49,122 bases of DNA, taken from a virus. Taxonomy: Duplodnaviria; Caudoviricetes. The stretch is from positions 1 to 49,122 of IMG/VR virus record IMGVR_UViG_3300006224_000002. One strand, 5' to 3'. Each line of letters begins with the position of its first letter. Position 1 is the stretch's first letter. Shown here one piece after another: positions 16,387 to 26,005 of this stretch. A program made the position numbers and the translations under genes. The notes beneath the pieces were generated by a model. It was not told the DNA's origin, ran no database searches, and saw only the letters and a list, made by a program, of their open reading frames with translations.

Positions 16387-18267
16387 ATGGGTATCCAGAA
16401 TCCTAAAATCACAGTATCACCAGAGACAAAATCATTACTTGACAGCAGGAAAAAACATAAAGACGAAACTTACGAGAATGTCATCCTTTCGCTATATCAG
16501 CCGGATACTGCACAGGCTCCAACACCGTCATCACCCGCAGCAGTAGCAGGAGCCGGCAGCGGAGAACAGGCATTCAATACATATTCTCATATCCTGCGCT
16601 GGGTCAGCGATACGAGAAAGAAGATGCCCTCCGGCGGGGACTATAACCCTACACCAGACGACAGGGAGACCGCATACAATATTGATCCGCTTGTATCCGG
16701 CATCATCACACCGTTCTTGAAGAACACTCTTCTCGGAACTTTCACTATCCAGACCGAAGACAACAAGAAGTACCAGGCGTGCATTGACGATATCATGGAG
16801 TTCCTGAAGGATATCAAGCTCCAGGAAACATTCAGGGAAGATTTCGAGGACTACGCTATCAAGCACGGCCATTCGTACAGGCGCAAGGATTACTTCACGG
16901 ACAACACAAAACTGCTCAAGAAACTGCAGCGACTTGAAGCCAAGGCCATGAACACTTATGAAGACCCCTGGGATTCAGATATCGTGGCATACCATCAGAG
17001 GATATACGCGAATGATGTCTGGAGCAGCACACAGGCTTCAAAGATGACCGAATACAATTCATGGTTCATCCCGGGAGGTGGGAAGATCGCTGACGGAATC
17101 GAGGAAACAGGCGCAATGGCTACATGGGAACAGTTCCGCATCAAGTACGGCATAAACGAGACCACGGGTCTGCGGGTAGATAATGCGGATAAGATTTTCG
17201 CTATGCATAAGGTCCGGCCGGGAAAGGCCGCACCGATTGACAGTGCGATTCTTGCTATATGGCTGAAACGGCTCATCCTCGCCAACGGGCCCAATTACAT
17301 TTTCAGCGTTATCATGCCGTTCCTGCATCTCAAGCAAGGGGTGATGCTCAAGGTCCCGGACGGCCAGGGTGGGGAGAAACTAATCACAAGTGTTCCACCA
17401 GCACCGGCCGCAGACATGGCGACCACGGATCCTGAACGATATGCAGCCATGAACGCTGACCGGACAGCATACACCAATGCGCTCGCGGATAATGTGAAGA
17501 ACATCATGCGATACCGCGCGGAAGGTGGCCTGTTCGCGTCATCACCAGATATAGAACTGCAGGTTACGGAATCCGGGCGCACCATATCATCCACGTTCAT
17601 CCAGCAGATGATCGGGCTTCTGGACGAGGATATTGCGCGGGCGTTCGGGTTCCCGCTGGCACTCATTTCAGCCAATGGCGCGGAACTGGCCACGTCACGC
17701 ACTATCCTGGAACTGTTCAATACCGCGTATGCAGGCAGCAGGCAGGATTACGAATCAAAGGCCGACGGGTTGATAGAAGAGCGATTCGACGGTGTAACCT
17801 GGGAATATGAGATTACGCTCAAAGATGGAACGACGGAACGGGGCAGTTACACGCTCGAAGATGCACAGGCGCATTACAAATTAGAGACAGGCGACGTGAA
17901 AGATGCGCTGAAAGAAGCGCAGACTCAGCTCACGACCATGCAGATGCTCCAGACAGCCAAGACTTTGGGTGCCTCCCGCGCGGATATCCAGGCACTTGGC
18001 GAGGAGCAGGGCTTAGGGTTGCTTGACTTGGATAAATTTGATGTACCACCACCAAGTCCTTTTGGTAACTTCCCACAGGAAGGCAAACCGGAAGAAAAAC
18101 CAGAAGAAAAGAAACCTGAAGAGATGATGCCTGAAGAGAAAGAAAAAGAAAAAGAAGAAACTACCAGCACAGCAGGAATCCCACAGAATGAGGATGAGAA
18201 GTTGAAGAGGGAACTCTGGGAGAACTTCATGATTGCGAAAAATACCATTGAAAAGTTGATAGAATAA
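16387..18267 (+). CDS. Portal protein (putative) with N-terminal RHH-like extension
   Basis: 626 aa between terL and the MuF-like gene; IARAFGFPLALI portal-like motif; acidic low-complexity C-terminus. Confidence 0.72.
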   Translation: MGIQNPKITVSPETKSLLDSRKKHKDETYENVILSLYQPDTAQAPTPSSPAAVAGAGSGEQAFNTYSHILRWVSDTRKKMPSGGDYNPTPDDRETAYNIDPLVSGIITPFLKNTLLGTFTIQTEDNKKYQACIDDIMEFLKDIKLQETFREDFEDYAIKHGHSYRRKDYFTDNTKLLKKLQRLEAKAMNTYEDPWDSDIVAYHQRIYANDVWSSTQASKMTEYNSWFIPGGGKIADGIEETGAMATWEQFRIKYGINETTGLRVDNADKIFAMHKVRPGKAAPIDSAILAIWLKRLILANGPNYIFSVIMPFLHLKQGVMLKVPDGQGGEKLITSVPPAPAADMATTDPERYAAMNADRTAYTNALADNVKNIMRYRAEGGLFASSPDIELQVTESGRTISSTFIQQMIGLLDEDIARAFGFPLALISANGAELATSRTILELFNTAYAGSRQDYESKADGLIEERFDGVTWEYEITLKDGTTERGSYTLEDAQAHYKLETGDVKDALKEAQTQLTTMQMLQTAKTLGASRADIQALGEEQGLGLLDLDKFDVPPPSPFGNFPQEGKPEEKPEEKKPEEMMPEEKEKEKEETTSTAGIPQNEDEKLKRELWENFMIAKNTIEKLIE

Positions 18268-18291
18268 ATTGGAGGCGAACATTGAAAATAT

Positions 18292-18684
18292 ATGACAAGA
18301 GACAAATGGGTATTTAACGAAGATAAAGAAATTGATGGAGTCGAGGAAGTCATCCTGGAAACACCAGAATTGCCGGGGAACAAACAACTCGTATTAGAAC
18401 AGGTATCAGCAACGACAATCTTGAGTAGAGGGGGCATAGGGGCATACATAGTCGTCAGGTATATGATCAACAACGAAGAAACACAATATAGAGTACCATT
18501 TGAGGACATCGTTCCTGGTTGGTATGGAACACCGACTATAGAAAAACAACGCGCATATGTAGCCAGTGCCCAAGTTAAGGTATACCCTGATGTTGGATCA
18601 ACCATAAAAGTGATATTAAGAAATGTTGTTGACCCGCGGATAATAGGAACTTTAAAAGTCTCATTATCAGGATATTTTGAGTAG
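18292..18684 (+). CDS. Hypothetical protein
   Basis: 130-aa ORF with upstream GGAGG. Confidence 0.55.
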   Translation: MTRDKWVFNEDKEIDGVEEVILETPELPGNKQLVLEQVSATTILSRGGIGAYIVVRYMINNEETQYRVPFEDIVPGWYGTPTIEKQRAYVASAQVKVYPDVGSTIKVILRNVVDPRIIGTLKVSLSGYFE

Positions 18685-18840
18685 ATAAAGGAACAAACAT
18701 GAGTATTGAATCCGGCGAGCTGAGATTGTGGGAACCAACGGGGATAGAACAGTATAATCCGCCTTTATTGCTTGTTGCGTTGGCATTTGTATTGATTATT
18801 GTCTTACTATATCTTCTGTTATTCACATTACCTTAAAATC

Positions 18841-19647
18841 ATGCCCACCGAACTTGAACAATTCATCGAAAAGCTGAACAGGATCATCAAAGACCTGAAG
18901 CGCAGGCAGAGTGATGCACTTGCCAGGCACATCGCAACATCGTTCACCCTCGGATATCAGAAAGGTAAGATCGTGCCCGGTGGATATCCGAACGAGAGGA
19001 GCCTGCAGCGAAGAGCGATAGAAGAACTCACGACAACTAACCTGGGATACCTGGACGAGTTTGATTCTGCGCTTGGGGACAAGTTGAAAGGACACCTACA
19101 GGAAGTCATAAAGGTCGGTGGCGGGTATGAAGATGTTCGAAGAAATCTTGTACCTTACGTTGAAGAAGTCTTCGGGGAAAACGGGCAAGTAACGATTGAC
19201 CGCACAGGCCAGACCAGGGAGATCATCACTGTAGACCAGGACGGAAACCTACACAGAGAACAGAAGACCATCCAGGAGCCTTACACGACCTCGGTAAAGG
19301 CTTATAGCGAAATGTTAAGCAGGACGGTAGCCCATTCCTCCTACGCAAAAGGCCGTGCTACGGGTTATAAGGCATCAGGGATAGAAAAACTTCGCGTAGT
19401 GGTAATGCAGGACGAGAGGGCCAGGGCTTCCCACCTCGCCGTTCACGGGAAAATAATTGAGATCGGGAGTCCTGAAGAACAGATGATTTTAGACCTGCAT
19501 TCTGAACCAAACTGCAGGTGCAGAACGATTCCATATTTGGATAATAATCTGGATACCCCGAACTCAGTTTATGAAAAGCAGAAAGATAAATTTGATTTAA
19601 AGTTCGAGAATGGAGAATGGATGTTTAACAAGTTACCTGCCCTTTAA
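18841..19647 (+). CDS. Head morphogenesis protein (MuF / SPP1 gp7-like)
   Basis: SEMLSRT...DERARASHLAVHG...EPNCRC. Confidence 0.82.
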   Translation: MPTELEQFIEKLNRIIKDLKRRQSDALARHIATSFTLGYQKGKIVPGGYPNERSLQRRAIEELTTTNLGYLDEFDSALGDKLKGHLQEVIKVGGGYEDVRRNLVPYVEEVFGENGQVTIDRTGQTREIITVDQDGNLHREQKTIQEPYTTSVKAYSEMLSRTVAHSSYAKGRATGYKASGIEKLRVVVMQDERARASHLAVHGKIIEIGSPEEQMILDLHSEPNCRCRTIPYLDNNLDTPNSVYEKQKDKFDLKFENGEWMFNKLPAL

Positions 19648-19736
19648 AAAACGATTGCTAAGGTCGGATTTCAAGGGCAGGCATAATTATATATGTTTAC
19701 AAAGCATATTAGTGTTTGCTAAGGTCGGCAAACATG
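19634..19736. promoter_or_regulatory. Nuclease-leader hairpin cassette, copy B
   Basis: Stem CCTGCCCTT 19636-19644 / AAGGGCAGG 19673-19681; A6 at 19646-19651; TTGCTAAGGTCGG at 19655-19667 and 19716-19728; GCATA 19681; CATATTA 19705. Confidence 0.8.
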
Positions 19737-20564
19737 AAGTATAATCAAACGGATTCTAAGGGAAGATTCGTTCCCGGGATTAAAATAACCAAAATATGCT
19801 TGAATTGCGGAAAGAAATTTATAGTTAATACAAGCGGTGTTTATCGAAAATATTGCTCGCATGTTTGTTCAATAAAGCATAAAATAAAAACAGGCCATTG
19901 TTTAAAACGAGCACAAAAACCATGCATTCAGTGTGGTAAACCTATAATAGAACGTCCATCGAAGGTAAAACGTCGAAAATTCTGTTCTTACAAATGCAGT
20001 GTGGAAGCAAGAAAAAATAGGATAAAGCGAGAATGCCCCACATGCAAAAGCGAATTTATTACAAAACCAAGCCAAATTATTAATGGAAAAGGAATTTATT
20101 GTTCGCATCGTTGTTGGTGTAAATCTCGAAACGAGGTAGCAATGGTAACTATACATTGCGAAAATTGCGGCAAAGAGTTTAAGATGTTGCGTTCTAACGC
20201 ATTGCATACAGCAACAGACAATTCACAGCGAGTATTGTTTTGTTCACGAGCATGTTATTATGATTCTGAAAATTTCAAAGACAAAATGGAACGTTTGAAA
20301 CCTCCAAAAGGTAAGTTAAATAAAAACTGGTGCGGAGGTGCAAAAATATCACGAAGTCGGTTTCGTCATCGAAGAGCAAACAAAGGATTTATAATTATCT
20401 CTGATAAAGTTCCATATGACGAACCAATTGAATATCATCATCCTCATCCAAATCTTCCTTTTGTTGTTCCATGTCCAGCAAGGATTCATAAGATGTTTGT
20501 TGGTGCAAATAAAAACCATTTTAGAAATGTAAATGCAATGTTAGGTTTAAAGTTAAAATTCTAA
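19734..20564 (+). CDS. Putative homing endonuclease: four CxxC...(Y/F)CSxxC zinc repeats plus C-terminal His-rich nuclease-like domain
   Basis: Repeats CLNCG/YCSHVC, CIQCG/FCSYKC, CPTCK/YCSHRC, CENCG/FCSRAC; NKNWCGG; YHHPHP...PCPARIH. Confidence 0.7.
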   Translation: MKYNQTDSKGRFVPGIKITKICLNCGKKFIVNTSGVYRKYCSHVCSIKHKIKTGHCLKRAQKPCIQCGKPIIERPSKVKRRKFCSYKCSVEARKNRIKRECPTCKSEFITKPSQIINGKGIYCSHRCWCKSRNEVAMVTIHCENCGKEFKMLRSNALHTATDNSQRVLFCSRACYYDSENFKDKMERLKPPKGKLNKNWCGGAKISRSRFRHRRANKGFIIISDKVPYDEPIEYHHPHPNLPFVVPCPARIHKMFVGANKNHFRNVNAMLGLKLKF

Positions 20565-20650
20565 ATCTTTCAACAAAGATAAACAAGCATGGGATTTCAA
20601 AGAATAACTTAACTTCCCTTTATATTCACTGATTTCATACATCTGCCTGT

Positions 20651-20923
20651 ATGAAATTAAAAGCATTTCTGGCAATAGCCTTAATTCTGTTCTTAGTAGC
20701 ACCGACTGTCGAAGCAGCATATGTCCCGGCCGAACACCGGGAAGAAGCAAAAGCAGTTCGTAACGATGTACAGCTCTACCTGTTCGCAGTCAAGTACCAG
20801 GGAGAAAATTGGGCAGCCGATGCGCTTCGGCAACTCTCTTTTGATTACACAAACAACGGAAAGCTCGAACCGCTGAAGTTAAAGATGGAAGCACTGGCGA
20901 AGAAAGCGAAATATATTACTTAG
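20651..20923 (+). CDS. Small secreted protein
   Basis: Signal peptide MKLKAFLAIALILFLVAPTVEA; promoter variant ACTTCCCTTTATAT at 20612. Confidence 0.65.
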   Translation: MKLKAFLAIALILFLVAPTVEAAYVPAEHREEAKAVRNDVQLYLFAVKYQGENWAADALRQLSFDYTNNGKLEPLKLKMEALAKKAKYIT

Positions 20924-20965
20924 GGTGAAACCAATTCGGGGTATTCAAACCCCAGATATATTTTA

Positions 20966-21268
20966 TCACTTTAGCCTCTCAGAATAAAACCACAACACCG
21001 CTATCGCTATAACCAGAACTATAAATACAAATATTAATTCTGTGTTGAAAGTGTCCCGTTTAGGGGGATTATCAGGTTCATCGACTTCATCGACTTCGCT
21101 GATTTCCATCCACATAATTTTATCTGTCAGCAAAGTTATATTTTTTGCATCAATTAGTGTGATGGTTTTTTTAGTATTTATCAGCTCAACTATGTGATCC
21201 ATTGTATTCGTTGCATTTACAAAAAGGCGAGCACCACCATCCATGTAAAATGATATTTCTCTTGGCAT
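20966..21268 (-). CDS. Hypothetical protein with C-terminal TM anchor
   Basis: GGAGG SD; ELIFVFIVLVIAIAVLWF. Confidence 0.6.
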   Translation of the reverse strand: MPREISFYMDGGARLFVNATNTMDHIVELINTKKTITLIDAKNITLLTDKIMWMEISEVDEVDEPDNPPKRDTFNTELIFVFIVLVIAIAVLWFYSERLK

Positions 21269-21310
21269 TTTATCCTAACCTCCATTTTCCTAACTTTTCT
21301 CTTATGCTTT

Positions 21311-21517
21311 TTACCAATTAGGAAACGCAGATTTGAATTTCCTAACCCAATGTCTTAAGGGAACAGATACTATTTTGGTGTCACTATCTATATGAAACAT
21401 TTTCATATTTTTAGGCAGTAAAAACCCTGTATGTCTATTCCATGTAGTGATTATTCTCTTAGCGAGCTGACGATCATTTTCAGTCGGATTACGAACCCTT
21501 AAATATAATATTTTCAT
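21311..21517 (-). CDS. Hypothetical protein
   Basis: 68-aa ORF in a minus-strand island. Confidence 0.45.
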   Translation of the reverse strand: MKILYLRVRNPTENDRQLAKRIITTWNRHTGFLLPKNMKMFHIDSDTKIVSVPLRHWVRKFKSAFPNW

Positions 21518-21678
21518 ATTCGCTCATCACCCAAGACGCCAGCAGCGGGCATTTATCTGGCACGGTTGCTTTTTCTTCGGGCATTTACTATCTGATGGAA
21601 TCATACACAAAACATAATCCGTGCATCCAAGTTTTACTATTTCTTCAACCCTAATTTTGGTATCGAGGTATGGGCATT

Positions 21679-22047
21679 TCATTCTTTCACCCAATCCTTG
21701 TTTTCCCAGCTTTTGTTAAACTTCAGTCGCATGACGTAATGAAGCCATAGCTGTTCCATTGTCATATCTTTATCATAACGCTTGTATATATTAAACACAA
21801 ATCCATGAAATCTGTTTAGCAGAACCCAAATAGAACCCTCGAATACCATTTCTTGAAGCTGGTCTTGTCGGGGAAGCCACGTTGTATTTAGTACCCACCT
21901 ATATGATTTATCCGGCAAATAATTACTCCAAAGTAAATTTACATTACCGTCTGGCTGGAGTGCATAATCTCCGTTATCAGGGCGCCACAACGCTTGTATC
22001 TCCTTCGCCTGCCTGCACAACTCGATAAATTCTTTGGAAGTATCCAT
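21679..22047 (-). CDS. Hypothetical phage protein
   Basis: 122 aa, Trp-rich, WLPRQDQLQEM motif. Confidence 0.65.
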   Translation of the reverse strand: MDTSKEFIELCRQAKEIQALWRPDNGDYALQPDGNVNLLWSNYLPDKSYRWVLNTTWLPRQDQLQEMVFEGSIWVLLNRFHGFVFNIYKRYDKDMTMEQLWLHYVMRLKFNKSWENKDWVKE

Positions 22048-22054
22048 AGTATCG

Positions 22055-22732
22055 TTATCCTTTTCTATCTGGATATCTATTATAACATCTTTGCAGTAAG
22101 TCTTCTCTAGCCCCTGAAATCCCTCTACATTCTGGGTAGATTATATCATTCACGCATTTCCAGTAATGTCCTTCACCACTATTACTAGCACAATAATTCT
22201 TAGCATTCTGGTTTATTACTTTTTGATTGTTTGGTGAAGATACGGGTGATGGCTGGTTTATTGTTACGACTATGGGTTGTGGAGATATTGGTTGGGGTGC
22301 TGGTTGCGAGGGAGTTACTGTTAGTGGGGGGAGTTCTGAGCATTCGGATGAACGATTCCAGCTAGTGTATAACTTCCCATCATAGTCAATTAATTTTGAG
22401 TATACGTTATAATCTATACCAACAACAGTAACACACAATCTATTATTTTGCAAAGATATGTTCGTTATAGCAACCGCCCTTCCCCCGATTGGTCTCCAAG
22501 TTCCAATGCTCATTGTATCTGGATTATGGAAGAATACACCAAGCCTTTTGTCCATATCTGTGCTTATTTTAAATTGATATTCAGTATGATCTAATTCCTT
22601 TGAATATGATACAAAGTATTTTCCACTTACTGAACCTGTATTTGCTATAAGAAATACAACCAATATTAAAAGAATATTTACTTTATAGTTCTCCATAACG
22701 CTAATAACGCTATTAGCACTACATAAAACCAT
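22055..22732 (-). CDS. Secreted/membrane protein with Pro-rich linker and Cys-rich C-terminus
   Basis: Hydrophobic ILLILVVFLIA; PSQPAPQPISPQP linker. Confidence 0.6.
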   Translation of the reverse strand: MVLCSANSVISVMENYKVNILLILVVFLIANTGSVSGKYFVSYSKELDHTEYQFKISTDMDKRLGVFFHNPDTMSIGTWRPIGGRAVAITNISLQNNRLCVTVVGIDYNVYSKLIDYDGKLYTSWNRSSECSELPPLTVTPSQPAPQPISPQPIVVTINQPSPVSSPNNQKVINQNAKNYCASNSGEGHYWKCVNDIIYPECRGISGAREDLLQRCYNRYPDRKG

Positions 22733-23064
22733 CGGTTAGTTCGGTAAATCTAACTTTTATTTATATTCTTTTTAACTTTTTTTACTTTTCTTTTTCAAGA
22801 CGTTCTAAAATCCAGCTTCGTAGTAAGGTAGCTTGCATTATTCCAAGTTCCTTCGATTTTGATCTTACCATTACATCAGCCCATTCTGGCAACCGTATAT
22901 CGTGTCTAATTAATTTCTCTCTCATACAAAACATTATTGGTGTCTTGATTATATTTAAATATACTTCTTAGTGAACTCAAACCATTTATGAGTTCAGTTA
23001 AATGCTCTTTAGTAGTTTGTTTTAACTTTTCTTTATATTCTTTTTGTTCAATCTCTTTTCTATT

Positions 23065-24195
23065 ATGCCATTCGCAAATTTTGATAGCTTCGAGTCCTGC
23101 AAAATTCACATGATGGAAAAAGAAGGATACGATGAAGAGACTGCCAAGAAAGTATGCGGGAAACTGCAGGGTGAACATGAAGGAACGATGTCGCTCAGTT
23201 CCACGCTTGACGAGAAGCCCGTCCGGGAAGGAAGAGATCTGGTCATCCCGTTCGTGAAGGACGGCACATTAGCTTTCGACAGCAAAGGCAAGAAGTACAC
23301 ACTTACCGCCGAAGCCCTGCAAAAGGATCACCTGACATGGAACGGTGGGAAGATCACGATTAATCACAAAGTAATGTCGGAGGGGAAGATATCCGAGGTG
23401 TTCTACAAAGCCCCGTTCGTCTATGGCAGGATAACAGGGCTCACAGATGAAGTCTTGAACGTGATTGACAGTGCAGCGTATCGGGGCGTGAGTCAGGAAT
23501 CAACACCCGTGAGCATCGACAAAGACGGGAATGTCGTTTCCCTCAAAGGAACTGGACTTACGGTGGTCGTGTTCCCCGAAAACCCAGCCTGTCCGCTTCG
23601 AGATGGGTGTGGAACGATAAAAAATGACTTTTCTTTAAATACTGAAAATAGAAATTCTTCAATAAAAAGTATTGGAGGTACTGAAGGCAAAATTATGACT
23701 GAAGAACAGGACGGCGCGGCAACTGCGCTGAAAAGTATAACAGCCGAGCGGGATGCGTTAAAAGCACAACTTGACGCGCTGACCGCTGAAATGACCAAAT
23801 TGAAAAGTACAACGTCAGATCCAGATCGCAGGATCGCAACGCTTGAGAAAACAATCGAGCAGATGACATCAAATAATGCAATGACTATCAAATCTGCACT
23901 TGACGAACATCGTAAAAAGATAGATGCAGAAGTCGAACAGAAAAAGGAATTCGACATGGTAGTTTCAGAACTTCGCAGTGTCATGAAGAAAGACGTTCTT
24001 GAAGTTATCCTGAAAGGGAAACCCACTCTGGAAGTCCTGAAAAGCAACCTTGAAATGCTGAAGATGTCTGGTCTTGCAACTCATGTAGGTGCAGGCATCG
24101 GGACGAACCTGACAAGCACCCAGGAACAGAAGATCCGGGGAGACTTGCAGAAAATGAACATACCGAGTATTGAATTTGTCGGAGAGGCAAGATAA
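23065..24195 (+). CDS. Prohead protease-scaffold fusion (putative)
   Basis: N-terminal FANFDSFESC...AKKVCGKL domain, then ITINH...YRGVSQE...VVFPENPAC protease-like core, then a coiled-coil C-terminal half; lies before the cement and MCP genes; promoter motif at 23025. Confidence 0.68.
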   Translation: MPFANFDSFESCKIHMMEKEGYDEETAKKVCGKLQGEHEGTMSLSSTLDEKPVREGRDLVIPFVKDGTLAFDSKGKKYTLTAEALQKDHLTWNGGKITINHKVMSEGKISEVFYKAPFVYGRITGLTDEVLNVIDSAAYRGVSQESTPVSIDKDGNVVSLKGTGLTVVVFPENPACPLRDGCGTIKNDFSLNTENRNSSIKSIGGTEGKIMTEEQDGAATALKSITAERDALKAQLDALTAEMTKLKSTTSDPDRRIATLEKTIEQMTSNNAMTIKSALDEHRKKIDAEVEQKKEFDMVVSELRSVMKKDVLEVILKGKPTLEVLKSNLEMLKMSGLATHVGAGIGTNLTSTQEQKIRGDLQKMNIPSIEFVGEAR

Positions 24196-24196
24196 C

Positions 24197-24580
24197 ATGG
24201 CAGCAGGCGACGTAAAAGGCGATGAAGCCGTTATTCTGGCAGTAACAGCGGGGATTGCGATTGTTAAGGGCGACCTTGTTCATCTCGAATCAGATGGATA
24301 TTGGGATCCCACAACTACAGACGACATTGGTAAATTCGGTGTGGCAATTGAGGCCGCATCCGGTGCAGCCGAAACTGTACGGGTGGTAATATGGGGCCCT
24401 GTTGAAGTAGACTGTTCAGGAAACGTCTCAAAGGGCGCGCTGGGTCAACCGGGATTAACTGGGCAGGTAGCGACACAATCATTCACGAATGATTCATCTG
24501 GCAATACAATTGCAGGAACATTCATGGAATCCGGGACCGATCTTGGAACTGCAACTTTCTGGGTAGGGCTGGTGGCTTAA
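24197..24580 (+). CDS. Capsid decoration/cement protein (DUF2190-like)
   Basis: TAGIAIVKGDLV...GVAIEAASGAAETVRVVIWG; small Gly/Ala-rich protein before the MCP. Confidence 0.7.
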   Translation: MAAGDVKGDEAVILAVTAGIAIVKGDLVHLESDGYWDPTTTDDIGKFGVAIEAASGAAETVRVVIWGPVEVDCSGNVSKGALGQPGLTGQVATQSFTNDSSGNTIAGTFMESGTDLGTATFWVGLVA

Positions 24581-24581
24581 T

Positions 24582-25427
24582 ATGGCTGGACTAATTGACG
24601 CATCCGGTATATCCGGGAAACTTGACGCATCGAATATAGTTATGCAGGTGCTTCAGAAAGGTGTTGAGCTTAGTAACCTTCAGAGCCTCTGTCAGAAAGT
24701 ACAGATCCCTGAACTCGTTGGAACCATCCCGGTCTCGGCAGCACCGAGCGTGGATGAAGATGTTCTTGAACTGGAACATTCCGATATCGAGACTGGTGCA
24801 TTCACCAACATCGATTTCTCACTGAAGAAAGACAGGGTCAAACTCGGTGTATCTGATGAAGCAACATACAAGAGCAAAGCAGGCGACCCGCTGGGGATAC
24901 AGACTACAGCAGCAGGCTTGCAACTTGCCAACATCCTTGATAAAAAGATCATTGCGGCACTCAGGACAAGCCCGCAGACAAGCGATGAAGCATCACACTG
25001 GGATACCACAACCGTAAACCCATTAGTGGCCCTATCCACTGCAGTAACATCGATCTTGCCATACAGAGCGGACTTCGTAATAATGCCTCCCGCACTATAC
25101 GCGCATTACATGGCAACCGATCTGGTGAAGGCAGCAGTGACCACAATCCCGGCAGCATACAATGGCGCAATAGGGAAAGTACCGGGTCTCGGCCTGGATA
25201 TCTTCGTAAGCTCACATTGCACAGCAAACGAAGCTATCGTGGGATCAAGCACCGGATACGCAGCAGTCATCGGCAATGGGCCCGTGAAGGTCAGGAGCTG
25301 GGATGCTGAAGATATGGGTGGCAGAATGTATCAGATAGACGTGTTCAGACAGGTCAAAGCACCGATATTCCTGAACTCGTCAAGCCTGAACCAATCCTGT
25401 TACGTCCTGACAGCCCTGCACTCATAA
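24582..25427 (+). CDS. Major capsid protein (HK97 fold, putative)
   Basis: 281 aa; FTNIDFSLKK...LANILDKKIIAAL...FVIMPP...GKVPGLGLDIFVS pattern and canonical position. Confidence 0.78.
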   Translation: MAGLIDASGISGKLDASNIVMQVLQKGVELSNLQSLCQKVQIPELVGTIPVSAAPSVDEDVLELEHSDIETGAFTNIDFSLKKDRVKLGVSDEATYKSKAGDPLGIQTTAAGLQLANILDKKIIAALRTSPQTSDEASHWDTTTVNPLVALSTAVTSILPYRADFVIMPPALYAHYMATDLVKAAVTTIPAAYNGAIGKVPGLGLDIFVSSHCTANEAIVGSSTGYAAVIGNGPVKVRSWDAEDMGGRMYQIDVFRQVKAPIFLNSSSLNQSCYVLTALHS

Positions 25428-25440
25428 GTGCACGGCTCTC

Positions 25441-25453
25441 TTTTCTTTTTTTT
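25441..25453 (+). terminator. Oligo-T tract after the MCP gene (archaeal-type terminator candidate)
   Basis: TTTTCTTTTTTTT beginning 14 nt after the MCP stop. Confidence 0.45.
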
Positions 25454-26005
25454 ATGACACCGGAAGAAACCAGTATAATTGATAAAATCAAACTCATACC
25501 GAGCGGGAAAGCTACAACAAAAGATATCAATGCTGAACTTGAAAAGATGGGCAGCAAGCTCAGGATATTATCCAGTGAAGATATTGACAAGAGCCTGAAA
25601 ACTAAACGGCAATATCCAGTCGGGGATAATCGGACGAGGACAAATGGGTTCACATATGCCGCGAATGAACATCCACTTGGTGAATTATTAAGTGGGATAA
25701 AAGCAAAGATATTGATAGAATCGATCAATGCCGCGCACAGACTGATTCTCAAAGGCTATGATATGGACGCTTACGTCTATGATGACCCACGCCTGAAAGC
25801 ACAGAACGAACATTTCAGGAATTATATCAAGACCAACTTCCAGCACGCAGGATATAAGATCGAGTTCATGAACAAGCTCGTGGACATCATAATGTTCCTT
25901 CGCAAGGAAGATATCTACTATGTTAGAATATTTGATATGTTGGAAACCATGCCCAGGTTCGGATTGACTGATGAAGAGCAATCTAATATTGATCGGTGGC
26001 ACTGA
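25454..26005 (+). CDS. Hypothetical protein
   Basis: 183-aa ORF, TGATG-coupled to the next gene. Confidence 0.6.
   Translation: MTPEETSIIDKIKLIPSGKATTKDINAELEKMGSKLRILSSEDIDKSLKTKRQYPVGDNRTRTNGFTYAANEHPLGELLSGIKAKILIESINAAHRLILKGYDMDAYVYDDPRLKAQNEHFRNYIKTNFQHAGYKIEFMNKLVDIIMFLRKEDIYYVRIFDMLETMPRFGLTDEEQSNIDRWH

Noticed and set aside
17925-18605. Long antisense ORFs here and at 14802-15293 and 23493-24047
   Set aside because: They are shadows of well-supported plus-strand genes, with no SD or recognisable motifs.
22753-22766. ACTTTTATTTATAT as another late promoter
   Set aside because: No plus-strand gene follows; it fits better as the minus-strand TATA of the 22732 gene.
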